64,000 bases of DNA, taken from assembly GCF_000143415.4 (NCBI RefSeq), contig NW_003314357.1, forward strand, positions 592,710 to 656,709. The letters run 5' to 3'. Below are positions 10,384 through 22,565 of the stretch, in pieces. A program made the position numbers and the translations under genes. Source of the stretch: Selaginella moellendorffii. Lineage: Eukaryota > Plantae > Lycopodiophyta. Below the pieces are notes generated by a model that searched no databases, was not told the origin of the DNA, and saw only the letters and a program-made list of their open reading frames with translations. Numbering within the stretch: position 1 is the first letter of the stretch; each line of letters begins with the position of its first letter.

Positions 10384-13300
10384 ACTTGGTATCGGAGCTG
10401 TTCCTTAGTCTGACTTTTATTGGTGCTCAAGTATATCACCACTAGTGTTGGCATCGGAAGGTCCGAGGAGTGGGCCTATCCTTGAGGAGTAGCAAGTCGG
10501 GAAGACATGGCTCTCCATTACAGTTCATGTGTGAACTTGTAGACGAGGTGGTGGATAGAAAAGGGCCAATAATGGAACGACTTTGGGATCTTGGGAACAG
10601 TGCAAGGTTTTCCTCATTGAGTTGAGGATGTGATCCGGATGAGCATTTGTCTCAGCAAATTGGCTAAGGTTGTTGTGGTAAACAACTAAAGTTGGGATCA
10701 CGGGAAAGATAGAGACTCCAAAATAATAAAGGAGTCACAAGATTATCCTCATATAGTTGAGGTTGGTACTCATGAATGTGAGACCAGAGGTAATGACCGT
10801 GGGAGGTCAAATACGGAAGAGGACTCAAGTCCTTGAAATGGTAGCCGGGGCTACCTTTAATAAATGCTGGAACAACCCAAGGAGTTGGGGGGTGTACTTA
10901 GAGATGAGTGGTATTCTCATCGCATGGACAAGTAGTCCTAAAGGGGCAAAAGTTGCCCCCAGAGAACAAAATCAAGTGTCGGAGTAACACTTGTGAAAAT
11001 AGTCCTTTTGAGTAGGACAGGAATGCAAGAAGTGTATTCCAGTGAGCTAGTGCCTCACAAGTAAGACCTTACGGGTCTGTGGATTAACCAAGTCCAAAAC
11101 TGCTAGATGACTCGAGTAGAGTCAAGGGATGGTCCTAAAAGGATTGATGGAAGCATTTGGACTGAGGTGTGTTGTACCCCACAAAGGATAGGGGGGGGAT
11201 CATAGGATCCAAGGATGAGAACAGAGGGTATCTCATCGATGGCAAAATGTGCCATGCTAAAGTTATGGGAAAGGTGTTCCCAGAAGAAAACAACTTTGAC
11301 ACAAAGTTGTGTGTGACCTCTATGGTGCAGTGCTAACGGATGGTTGGCATGAGAAAGGGCGGTGTTGGTCTTGGCAAAGAATTAGATACGAAGGGAAAGT
11401 GTCATAGAGGTAGGCTCGTGGAGCCGATGGTGTGGAGACACCAAATGTGTCAAGGTGTGATACCTTGAGGCTATGTTGGTGGGTTCATGAGAACCCCTTG
11501 CCAAAGGAATCCCAATGGAAATGGGAATGGCATAGCCTAAGCTGCAGAGCATGCAGTTGGAGTGTGGTGACCCAGATAATGATGGAGGTGTGAAAGCACC
11601 AAGCAATGAGTTATAGGACTTGACAACTATGAGGCAACTAAGCAAGAGGTGCAAAATAACTGGTTGAACGGGTAGAAGGTAGCTACCCAAGACTTCTTAA
11701 TAGCATAGGGAAGTCGGATACACCCTTACGGGGGATAAGTTGCTTGTGTTGCGATATAGTAAGTCAATGTCATAAAAGGAAATACTCATTATCAAGAAAG
11801 CCATCATTGGGACACCCGAACACTCTAGAACACCAGAAGGTGGTGTTTGATATCGCAAGGGCAATGGATAAAGCCCAAGGGACTAAGTCCCTAGCGAATG
11901 ATGGATAGAAGGTGCTATCCAAATGTCCAAGGTTGCGGAGACAGGAGAGGACTGTCTACCCGAGTTGGACAAAGCCAAAAATGGAATTTTGGCAAGGCTA
12001 GTGATGGGCATGTAAAGGCCCATAAGCAACAATGTAATCCCAGTGTGTGGGATTATAAGGTGAGCATACCCGGATTGAGGAACCACTCCCTAGGCTATTG
12101 GGTAGGTTCATCCCTAAGAATACTTACTAAAGCATGATAGAAAGTGCAACGCTATCCTCCTGGTCTGGAGGAGAATGACCAAAGGAAAGGTGTGAAGCCA
12201 AAAAGCAAGAAGTAAGGGGATAGAACCGAACCATAGGAATCAAAGGGCATAACCAAAGTTGGTTATGCCAGCTGGGAGTGGAGAATCAAGTGGGGGCTCG
12301 AGGGTGTTGTCGCTAGCAACCGTGATGCCATGGAGAGTCTAAAATATGGAATTATCCATGTTAGACTATGTGGCATTTTGAAGGCTTGCAAAAAGGGAGG
12401 CCTTAGCAAGCTGAGGGACAAAGTTCCTTCAAGGTTCCCAAAGACGATTCTAGGTAGCTTAGTACCTAGAAAGGCCAAGTGTGAATGGTTCATGGAACGC
12501 GCGAAATCAGAGTGGCGCAGTAGAAGAGTGGTCTTGAAGCTTGCCATGAGGCAAGGCTATCAAGGTTAGGGAAGTAGTTCCCGAGTGTTCAAAGAGAGGG
12601 CTTTGAACGAAAGTCGATGGTCAAGGACTTTCACGCTTATGCAGGAACCATGTTACAGTGGTCGGAGGACTTGCCAAGCGAGATTGGCACGTCGGGGGAA
12701 CAAATACCCTAGTTGACGGTGATAACTTCAAAAAGGGTGGGCCATGGGGCCGAGCATGGAGGAGTCCATGCATGATCACAGACATGTCAAGTGAGAGGAC
12801 TTGGCAGTGTGGAGGAACTAGGTTCCTAAGCTGTGATTTGTAGCGCGCTTTAAAAATAAGTTGGTGCACCGGCGTGGGGAGTCACGCTAGGCATCTTGTG
12901 TGATGCCGTCCGTAGATGCATATACGGAGGTTGGGTTCGAGTCCCGACCCTCTAGTGCTTGGGTTCGAGTCCCAAATCACTAGGGCGTGGTGATGGTTTG
13001 GAATATGAGGACACTCATATTTCGGTGGTCATGGACTCTCAGTGGGGAGACTGGTTTGGGCACACCGCCAAGCGAGGGATGCCTCAGAGTCGTGATGCAC
13101 GGTTAGATTGCTTAGTGTGAAAGCTCGGCATATCTAACTTGAACGCTTTGGTGCAAGTGGCACCAAGGACGTGGTGAGTGAGATGGGGACACCTAATCTC
13201 AGTTGCTATGGACCCTTGGCCGGAAGGGCTGGCTTGGGCGCACCACCAAGTGTGGGGGATGCCCCCGGGGTCGTAGTTAACAAGTTAAAGGTCTGGAAGA

Positions 13301-14435
13301 CTTAGTACCTATTGGCAAACTTGTTAAGGTGCCGAGGTGAGATCACTAGGTGATCTTGTGGCTAAATAAGGACAAGGTCCTTGTTTGGGTTAAGGAATAA
13401 GGTTCCTAGTTCAAAGTGTTGATTTGAACTATTGATGATGGTGTGGCTTGGTCAAGGTGACCAAGTGGGAAAAACACCTTAGGGAAATGAGCTATGTCAT
13501 CGTGATGGCATAGTGTGTCCAAGGAAAGTAGTCTCTAAAGAGACCCATGAGAGGGTCACAAAGTTGGGCCGAGGATAGAGCCCACAGCAGAAGATGCTAA
13601 AAGAGACTTACTAGGGGTGAACACCCTAGTCTTGGCAAAGCAGAGCCTTTGCTATGGAATCAAAAGAATACCTCAAGGAGGGAGGTAGAGATTCGATGTT
13701 GCTTGGTGCAACAATCAACGGATAGGAGCAAAAGATGAGTGGCCAAGATAGGGCCGTGGAATCCTTGGGAAGGAATCCAAGTGACAAAGTTAGGCGAGGA
13801 ACACTAATGTGTTGGACGCTAACAAATTGCGGGAAAGGAAGTGTGTTTCCAAGGATAGATTCTAAATTGCTCCGATTTGGCGAAAGTGGAAGCTCCAAGG
13901 GAGGGAGTGGTAAGGTAGCCAAATGATAGGGCCATGAACAGCCCTAGCACAAAGTATGATAACTGGAACTTTGGCACGAAATAGAAGAGAGGATGATGGT
14001 GCCCTCGAATAGAGAACTTCCTAGGATGGGAAGTGGAGTTGCACAAAAGGTGCAAGGCAAGGTGTCGGAGACACCTAGGAAATTAACTCCAAGGAGTCAA
14101 AATTCAAAGTTCCAAAGTGTAGAGGTTATATCGATGGAAATTGAGACTACTCGAGAAGGAGTAGTGGGATTGACTTAGAGAAGGGTCTCTAAGAGGTTTA
14201 GCAAGAACTAAACCAATAAAAGGAGAGAACCATTACATATGGTCCAATCAGTCTCTAAGTTGGAGAGACTACGCTCCTTAAAGGATGGACAAGGCATGGT
14301 GAGCCTTTGGTGTCAAACCATAGACAAAGATTGGCTACGCGCCAAGGATGGAAATGGTAACACATGCGGGTGTTACTTTATAAAATGGTTCATCGTTCGA
14401 TGAGGACATCGAACTTCGTCTATGGGTGGTGGAGT

Positions 14436-15168
14436 TGTGAGACACAAAATCCCTAGGCCCCAAAGTGGAGCCGGAAAGGGTGCCACGTGGTAGTGGCTGA
14501 AGCGAGAGCCAAACGAGCGTAACACGTTTGGACCAAAAGCTCCGACTTGAAAAGTCAAGAGCGGGAGTGGAACTCCCAAAGAAGTGCTCGAGGAACGAGC
14601 ACGAAGCGAGCAAAAAGCGAGGCTCCAAAAAGGGACCCAAAAGGACCAACACATGACACGTGGGAGAGTCCGAGATGGACCCGAGTTGGAGTCCGAAGTG
14701 GAGTCCGAGATGGACCCGAGTTGAAGTCCGAAGTGGAGTCCGAGATGGAGTCCGAAGTGGAGTCCGAGGTGGACCCGAGATGGACCCGAGATGGAGTCCA
14801 AAGTGGAGTCCGAGGTGGACCCGAGATGGACCCGAGTTGGAGTCCGAAGTGGAGTCCGAGATGGACCCGAAATGGAGTCCGAGATGGAGTCCGAGATGGA
14901 GTCCGAAGTGGAGTCCGAGGTGGACCCGAGATGGATCCGAGATGGAGTCCGAAGTGGAGTCCGAGGTGGACCCGAGATGGACCCGAGTTAGAGTCCGAGG
15001 TGGAGTCCGAGATGGACCCGAGATGGAGTCCGAGATGGAGTCCGAGGTGGACCCGAGATGGACCCGAAATGGAGTCCGAGATGGAGTCCGAGATGGACCC
15101 GAGATGGAGTCCGAGATGGAGTCCGAGATGGAGTCCGAGATGGAGTCCGAAGTCGAGACCGAGACCGG

Positions 15169-15200
<32 letters not shown>

Positions 15201-16328
15201 TCGGGACCGAGACCGAGACCGAGATCGGGACCGAGACCGAGACCGAGGCCGAGGCCGAGACCGAGCCCGAGTCCGAGCCCGAGTCCGAATCCGAGTCCGA
15301 GTCCGAGTCCGAGTCCGAGTCCGGAGCCTGAGAGGGTGAAAGCCCAAAGCGTTCGTCTCCCAGACCCTGGGGGGTTTGGTGAGCTCCAAAAGTATAGTAA
15401 GGGGGAGGACTGCAGTGGAGCCAGTTTGGCCAGGAAAGGCCAGTTTGGCCCAGGAAGGCCAGACCCAGTGTTGGGTGATGAACTGACCACTGGGAAGTCC
15501 AAGACTAGAGTGAATACGGACCGACAAGCGGGGTAGCTTGGTGAAGTGTTCAAGAGCCGGCTCTAGTTCCCCCGGGAGATCGACTGGCCGATGCTCCCAG
15601 TCCAAGTGTGGGTTGCACTACCTACTTGGATACCAGGCGTGGCTCAACGGAACCTCGCTCTAAGCCCATGGCTAGAGCACCTAAAGGCGATAGGTGGGGA
15701 GAGTACCCAGGTGGCTCGCGTAAGGCCACGGTGTTCCGAAATGTCGTCCCAAAGGCCCAGACTGTGGAAAAGAAGAGGAGCAGTCCTCTGGGGTAGTGAC
15801 CAAGGACACAGTCATGTGGTGAGGAAGTCCCAGAGGACCGTGGGACTTAGTGGTCGGGCCTGTGGGCCTCGATCCAGTGGCAGTGTTGGCAAACACGGCC
15901 AGGGGCAGAAAGGGACTTGGTAGGAACTGACAAAAGGACTTTGGGGAAGGCGATTCCCTAGGTCTGTGGGCATCCTAAGGATGCTAAGGAGTGGATCTAG
16001 GATGACCCCTCGTAGACAGATGGCCCAGTCTTGGAGAGACGGGATGGTGATGCAAGTGGTATTGGACCATTTGCGCAGCAAAGGTGAATGGGCATGGCCT
16101 TAGCGTAACGGGCCGAGATGTCAGTGGTACCTTTGGGTGTCGGTCATGGGATCGGACACGTGGAGCACTTGGACCAAGTGCAAAGGTTGAGTGGCATGGA
16201 TGCCATTCTCGGGGCTAGCAAGCCCCAAGTCCTGAATGGGACTTATGGAGGTTGTGAATGAGACCCCTCCAAGTGGTCGGAGGTGTGGTTAAGTGACTAA
16301 AGTAGAATGGAAAAATTAGTCGCTTACA
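14436..16328 (+). repeat. 3' LTR (1893 bp)
   Basis: Same termini as the 5' LTR; the array at ~14665-15325 differs in unit number and order. Confidence 0.92.
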
Positions 16329-16576
16329 CATTCATGGGGAACACGACCACAACATCAACGACTACTCTTTTTCTTCGTGCCATGGAAGACCAGAGGGCAT
16401 TGCTCATTGAAGCAATATGCCCTCACTTCACAAATAGAAACACCTAGCAAATAACACTTCCCTCCCCTCTTCCCTTTCTACTCAAAAAGTCCCATGCTCT
16501 CACGGGCTAATGGTGACTATTATCTATCTATCAACCCTGTAGTCTCATTCTATGCTCCAAGACCTCCAAAAAGCAT

Positions 16577-16872
16577 ATATATGCTTTATTTCGTTAAAGT
16601 GGGATTTATTCAGTAAAGTGGGACATTAATTAGCATGTGTCCACATGCCATTTCTTAGTACTTAATTAATATTTATTAATATTTCTTTTAGTTTTTTAAT
16701 TTATTTTTTTATATTTCACAATATTATAACACAAAATCATATGAAAAGTTTTTAATTTATAAATTATAAAGTTAAAACTTCAATTTTTTATTGTTGTTAT
16801 AAAAATGGCATGTGGCCACACACCATAAGTGGGATAATGAAAAGTCCCACTTTAACGAAATAAAGCATATAT
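16577..16872. mobile_element. MITE-like element
   Basis: Perfect 28-bp inverted repeats atatatgctttatttcgttaaagtggga at 16577-16604 and 16845-16872, subterminal inverted repeat ccacatgccattt/aaatggcatgtgg, AT-rich non-coding core. Confidence 0.8.
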
Positions 16873-17052
16873 TAAGGGACTTATCGAGAGATCAAGTTCC
16901 CATCTGGTACACAGCCTATTGCAAATGGAGAGCGCTTTCGAGCTCCTTGGTCAAACAATAAACATACTTTTACTCACAAAGATGGATCAGGATTACCTAG
17001 AGCCTTTTTACCCTTTTTCTCCTATGTAGCATAAAAAGCCAGGGTTTTTCTC

Positions 17053-17379
17053 ATGGCTATGGCAAATCGATGGGCGATGGATGAGGCGACGAGGAAGGAG
17101 AAGGAGAGGAGGACGGAGGAGCGGAGGAAGCTGGAGAGGTCACATAATTGGGAGGATGGCACCGATCCATGGGAGGACGAGCTCTTCTACAACGAGCGGA
17201 TCAGGAATCTGTCCAAGAGAGTGACGAAAGAGCATATCGATGTGCTCAGGGTCAATGCCAACCCAGATCACATACGCATTCTTCAAGAGTGTTACAAGCA
17301 GCTGGAGGCTGAATTTGGCCCTAAAGCGAAGCGGAAGCCTCTTGGTGAGACCTGTAAGAATTCTGAGAATAATCCTTAG
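17053..17379 (+). CDS. Orphan 108-aa charged protein, copy 2
   Basis: Paralog of 4758-5072 with a 12-nt in-frame indel and an identical C-terminus PLGETCKNSENNP. Confidence 0.55.
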   Translation: MAMANRWAMDEATRKEKERRTEERRKLERSHNWEDGTDPWEDELFYNERIRNLSKRVTKEHIDVLRVNANPDHIRILQECYKQLEAEFGPKAKRKPLGETCKNSENNP

Positions 17380-18369
17380 AAGAGAGCTGCGAAGCGCTTT
17401 TCTTTTCTATATTTCTCTCGTGTAGTATCTTGAACTTTGCTTTGGCCAGCCAATTGTTGTTGTTTACATTGACTTGCTCTTTTGGAAATTAAGACTGACG
17501 TAGTATACAATCTCCAGCATCAGACAACCTTAATCTAGCCATTAATTTAGCAATGAGAGTCATGAAAACACTTGCAATTTTACTGCTTGCACTTGCTTTC
17601 TCCTTCAACTGCTGTGAAGCTGATGCAACCTGTGACAGCATCAATGGGATTGTGAGATATTGCAATTTTCCAGGAAGGGGATCACACAAATCACTATGAA
17701 GCATGTTGTAGTTTCATTGGAAAGATCCCGAGTGTGTGTGTGTGCCCAAGATTCACTTCAGATGGAGTTCAATTATAAGCCATATCGACAATGTGACACT
17801 GTATTAAATGTTTCCTCGTTTTGATCTCCCAGCTATTCTTCAAAACATAAATTTGATAGATGACTAACAGTAATTACCTTTTCCAAGGCGCAATTTCAGT
17901 TGAATTCTGGGTTCATAGAAACAGGATGGTCCTCTAGCCTCTTGAAACAGCCAAGATTAAGCCAAGGTTATTGCCAAGAGGCCAGTCCACTGAAACCAAA
18001 AAGAAGAGCAAGGTGAAGCCTACACAACTTTTAGAGCTTGAAGACTGCATGCTTGGAGCTTGAAGAGTATGAAGCATGGAGTGCAGAGCAAAACTCACAA
18101 ACCCTTGCATTTTGCAGCCATCAGTCTCATGGTCTCAGCATCCATCAGCACCAGAAAACAGCATATAGATAGACCCTGAATAATGAAGGATTTCATGATT
18201 ATGAAACATAAATTTGAGATTGAAGAACATGGAGCGTGGTAATCCATGGCATACTCCATCCAGCTCCCAGTTAATCCACTTTGAATAGAGTAATTAGATT
18301 GATAATTAAAAGGACCCTTTTCCTTTAAAATAGGTTAGGGCTCATTGAGGCGGTGGGCTTTTTTTGTCC

Positions 18370-18416
18370 GCCACGTGTAGCTTTTTCACGCACTAGCCCA
18401 GATCGTGCCACGTGTA
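18370..18416. promoter_or_regulatory. Paired G-box/ABRE motifs upstream of CYPRO4
   Basis: gccacgtgta at 18370-18379 and 18407-18416; GA-rich leader downstream and telo-box-like tagggttt at 18717. Confidence 0.4.
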
Positions 18417-18742
18417 CGGCCTGGAGCGCTTTCGTACGAGGAGGTTCAAACGGGTCTTGGGCTGTGGAAAGAGAAGAGAGAGAAGAGAGAGAGAGAGAGC
18501 GTGTTCTTGCGCGTTCTTGCAAGATCGATCGAAAGCACAGGGATTTCCTCGGCGCCAGGAGATTCCAGCGCCGGCCGCCTTCGCAGCGGCCACAGATCTT
18601 CTCCAGGCCGTGGAGTCTGTGGCGAGTCGCTGATAGGGACCCGGCGCATTTCGCATTGCGGAGAGCTCACGCCCCAGGGGAGAAGGAATAATCGCATCGG
18701 GGCAGCTGTTCGTCGCTAGGGTTTGAGGGTAGTAGAGTAGAG

Positions 18743-20627
18743 ATGGGCGCTAGCGAGAGCAGGGAAGGGCGGCTGGACGATTCCGAGGCCGAGGAGGAGG
18801 AGGAGGAGAATTCCTCCTCGTCACAGGGGAGCTATCACAGCGCTCGCTCCGACAAGGAGAAAACCGGGCCAAGGACTCCATTGCGGCCTCCACAGCCGGG
18901 CTCGCAAAAGGTAAAGCTCTACCACTACATCTCGGCCAAGACCAAGTGGGTCGTCGCGGAGAAGCTGGTGCCATGGGAGTTTATGCGCGAGAGCGAGTTC
19001 CAAGAAGGCAGCGAGGTCGACGATGACGAGTACATGGACGAGGCCGAAGGGAGTGGCCACTTTGATCACTGGCTGCTGTGCGTGGGGACGAGGATCCGAG
19101 CTAAAGTCGACCAGAGGCTCCAGATGAAGTTCTACTCGGACCAGCAGCGAGTCGACTTCGTCTTCCAAGGTGTGTGGGCGATGCGCTTCCCATCCCAGGA
19201 GGACTACAAGGACTTCACCACCGAGTACCACAACTGCGTCTTCGAGAACAGCTACCAGCTCGAGGCGACCGAGGAGAACAAGGTGAAGGTGTTTGGGAAG
19301 GACTTCATCGGCTGGGTGAAGCCTCAGGACGCTGACGAGTCCATCTGGGAGGACGCGGAGGAGACTCTAGAGCAGGGACAGGTCAAAGATCTCAAGCAGA
19401 CTTACATCGACGAGCTCAACGAAGGGATTCGCAGCCTCGCGCTGGGTGCCAAAGACAACAGCTTCCTGGTGAGCGACAGCCGGGTCGAGGCGTTTCGAAA
19501 CACACCCACGGGGCTGCAAGGCAAGAAGGCGTCCGTCCGCCTGGGCGGATCGAGCTCCGACTCGTTCAGCACACCCAAGAAGGCGATGCTCATCCGGGGG
19601 GAGGCAAACATGATGCTGCTCAGCCCGGCGAAAGATGGCAAGAACCACTCCACGAACGTCCGGCAGCTGGATCTCGAGTCGGGCAAGACGGTGGCCGAGT
19701 GGAAGTTTGAGAAGGATGGCACTCCCATCACCATGCGGGATGTGACCAACGACAGCAAGTCGGCTCAGCTCGACTCGTCGCTCTCGACCTTCCTCGGCCT
19801 CGACGACAACAGGCTCTGTCGGTGGGACATGAGAGACCGACACGGAATCGTCCAGGACATCGCGAGCCCGGTGCTGAACTGGAACGAGGGTCATCAGTTT
19901 GCGAGGGGCACGAACTTCCAGTGCTTTGCTTCCACCGGAGATGGAGCGGTGGTGGTGGGATCCAAGGATGGAAAGATCCGGCTCTACGGGAAGACGTCGA
20001 TGCGGCAGGCTAAAACAGCGTTCCCGGGGCTGGGCTCGCCGATCACTCATGTGGATGTGACTTACGATGGACACTGGGTGCTGGGAACCACGGACACGTA
20101 TCTCATCCTCATGAGCACGCTGTTCATCGACAAGGATGGATCCATGAAGACGGGCTTCACGGGGCGGATGGGCAGCAAGGGGCACAAGCTGGCGACGCCG
20201 CGGCTGCTCAAGCTCACGCCGGTGGACGCGTTTGCCGCTGGGAAGAACCAGAAGTTCCACGGTGGTCACTTCTCCTGGGTAAGTTGTTCGTTCGTCTTTC
20301 CTTCCTCTTGAGTTGCTTGGATTCACTCATCGCTTTGGTTTGCTGCTGTCTCAGGTGACGGAGGGTGGAAGGGAGGAGAGGCATCTGGTGGTGAGCGTGG
20401 GGAACTACACCGTGATCTGGGATTTCAAGCGCGTGAAGCAGAGCCAGCACAATTGCTACAAGAACGCGGGGGAGGGGCTCAAGAGCTGCTACTGCTACAA
20501 GATTGTGCCAAAGGAGGACAACATCGTGGACAGTATGTTCATGCACGACAACTTCGTCACTGGGAAATCGCCGGAAGCGCCGCTCATCGTCGCCACGCCA
20601 AAGCACGTCACCTCCTTCAACATCTAG
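18743..20627 (+). CDS. CYPRO4: CYPRO4 / VID27-family protein (2 exons: 18743-20278, 20355-20627)
   Basis: MGASES N-terminus, [50 protein letters not shown]|VTE joined across a 76-bp GT-AG intron. Confidence 0.93.
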
Positions 20628-20856
20628 AACAGGAAAAACGCAACAAATCCATTCGCGGTAAGACTGGAGACTTTTGACATGGGATGGGAGTAGTACGCAC
20701 TCGCGCGCTAATTTCTTGCTCTTTTCTTTGCTGTTTGTAACCAACTAAAGCAAAATTTAATTGTTCTTTTTAAAAGTAAACACAGTTATTTAAAATGAAA
20801 ACTACAGGTTTTAAATTAAATAACGTTATTAGTAATCTAAGAAGCATATTATTAAA

Positions 20857-20881
20857 TGCGGTGAGCGTGGATCGAACACGC

Positions 20882-20924
<43 letters not shown>

Positions 20925-20929
20925 CCCGC
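20857..20929 (-). tRNA. trnF-GAA: tRNA-Phe(GAA)
   Basis: Reverse complement is GCGGGGATAGCTCAGTTGGGAGAGCGTCAGACTGAAGATCTGAAGGTCGCGTGTTCGATCCACGCTCACCGCA, a canonical plant cytosolic tRNA-Phe. Confidence 0.97.
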
Positions 20930-21209
20930 TTAGTTTGATTAACAAAAAACTAGTTTCATATTTAAAGATTTTATTATCATATTCTAGATCTTTTAAAATC
21001 ATAGCAAATTGCTTTCAATGTTTACTGTATTGTACCCATGCGAATCGCATTACATTTCTTTCTATTCCATGCGTTACGGGGTTACACGTGTCAGGTTGTT
21101 TGAGTTTCTCAAAGAAAACCTAGGGCGGAGGAGGAAGAGCTTGGTCGCTTTTGCCAGTGAGAGGGCGCCACCACATTTTCTCCTCCATCTCACTCTCTCT
21201 CGTGTAGCG

Positions 21210-22290
21210 ATGGATCAGCTCCGCGAGATGGCGCACAACATGAGCTCCCTGGCCGCCCAGGGGATGGATTACATCGAATCCAACACGGGCCTCCCGCCGA
21301 TCGTGCTCTTCACCATCATCGCGCTGCTTCTTGGTGCGTATTACCTCATCTCTGGGATTCTTGCTCCATCGCAAATCGGCGCCGCTCCCCTCTCGGCCAT
21401 CATCGAGGAGGAGGAGGAGGAGGCGGCCGCGGCGGCAGCAGCAGCGGTGGATCCTCCCTCGATCGTGGAGCTCGGGGATCAGGTCACTCTCTTGGAGCTC
21501 GCTGCGTACGATGGGAAGGATTCGAGCAAGCCGCTGCTCATGGCGATCAAGGGAACGATTTACAACGTTTCTTCTGCCAGGTACTGTCACAGCTCTCTTT
21601 TCTTCTTCGTGCTTAGATTGATGGATCGTAGATACGTTCTTTTCCTTTCTTGATCGATCAGAGCTGCATTTTTCTTCTTTCCTTTTCGTGCTTGGTGATA
21701 CTATCGCTTATCTTTGCAGGGATTTCTACGGGCCTGGTGGGCCTTATGCCGTTTTCGCTGGAAGAGATGCCAGCCGCGCTTTGGCGAAGATGAGTTTTGA
21801 CGAGGGTGATCTCTGCGGTGATCTGGATGGATTGAGCAGCCAGCAGCTCGAAGTTCTCAAGGATTGGGAGAGCAAATTCGCCAGTAAGTATCCCAGAGTC
21901 GGAGCTGTCAAGCCCAAAAAGGAGGACAAGGTGGTGGACGATTCAAGCATCGGTATGGAGATGGAGGGGGACGAGAAGAAGTACAAGGACAGTGATGAGA
22001 CAAAGAAAAGCCTCGGGGAGAAGGACGATCAGAAAGTTTCCGAGGAACACAAGGATNNNNNNNNNNNNNNNNNNNNNNNNNNNNNNNNNNNNNNNNNNNN
22101 NNNNNNNNNNNNNNNNNNNNNNNNNNNNNNNNNNNNNNNNNNNNNNNNNNNNNNNNNNNNNNNNNNNNNNNNNAAGAAGGCTGGACAAGAACACGACTCA
22201 GAGGACGAGACTACAGTAACAACAGATGCGGGGGTCAGGGATCGATACGACGAGAAAGAGGAGAGCTTTAACTCGTCTTCAGCAGCTTAA
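21210..22290 (+). CDS. MSBP: Membrane steroid-binding protein (MAPR/cytochrome b5-like); exons 21210-21580 and 21720-22290, N gap in the acidic tail
   Basis: N-terminal TM segment, ELAAYDGKDSSKPLLMAIKGTIYNVS, FYGPGGPYAVFAGRDASRALAKMSF, WESKFASKYPRVG. Confidence 0.92.
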
Positions 22291-22565
22291 GCGATGGATG
22301 GATGGATGGATCGATCAGAAGAAGGTTTGGAGCTAAATAATCGTTGGTTCGTGGTAGACGTAGATGTTGTCTAGAATTTGCGTTGTTTTGTGGAGCAGTT
22401 TTGGATTTCCTGTTCATGTGATCGTTTAGATGTGAAGAAATGGAAAAAGTCGCGCTTACTATGATTTGGATAGTGCAAATCTGACTCTTATCAGCTGAAA
22501 CTATAAGAAAAGAGGGAAAAACGTTCCTCATGAAATAGAAGCGAGCAAAAAAACTGTACTTGGAG

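Larger units (their letters stand above)
8451..16328 (+). mobile_element. Non-autonomous (LARD-like) LTR retrotransposon
   Basis: Near-identical TG...CA LTRs at 8451-10383 and 14436-16328. PBS tggtatcggagc (tRNA-iMet type) at 10387-10398. PPT-like gggtggtggagt before 14436. TSD cattt/cattc. The 4-kb interior has no long ORF. Confidence 0.92.

Noticed and set aside
14547-15605. Overlapping 200-330 aa repetitive ORFs
   Set aside because: Same LTR array artefact
17460-18230. Possible gene remnant
   Set aside because: No consistent frame or recognisable motif could be assembled
19367-20326. 319-aa antisense ORF
   Set aside because: Shadow ORF of the GC-rich CYPRO4 exon
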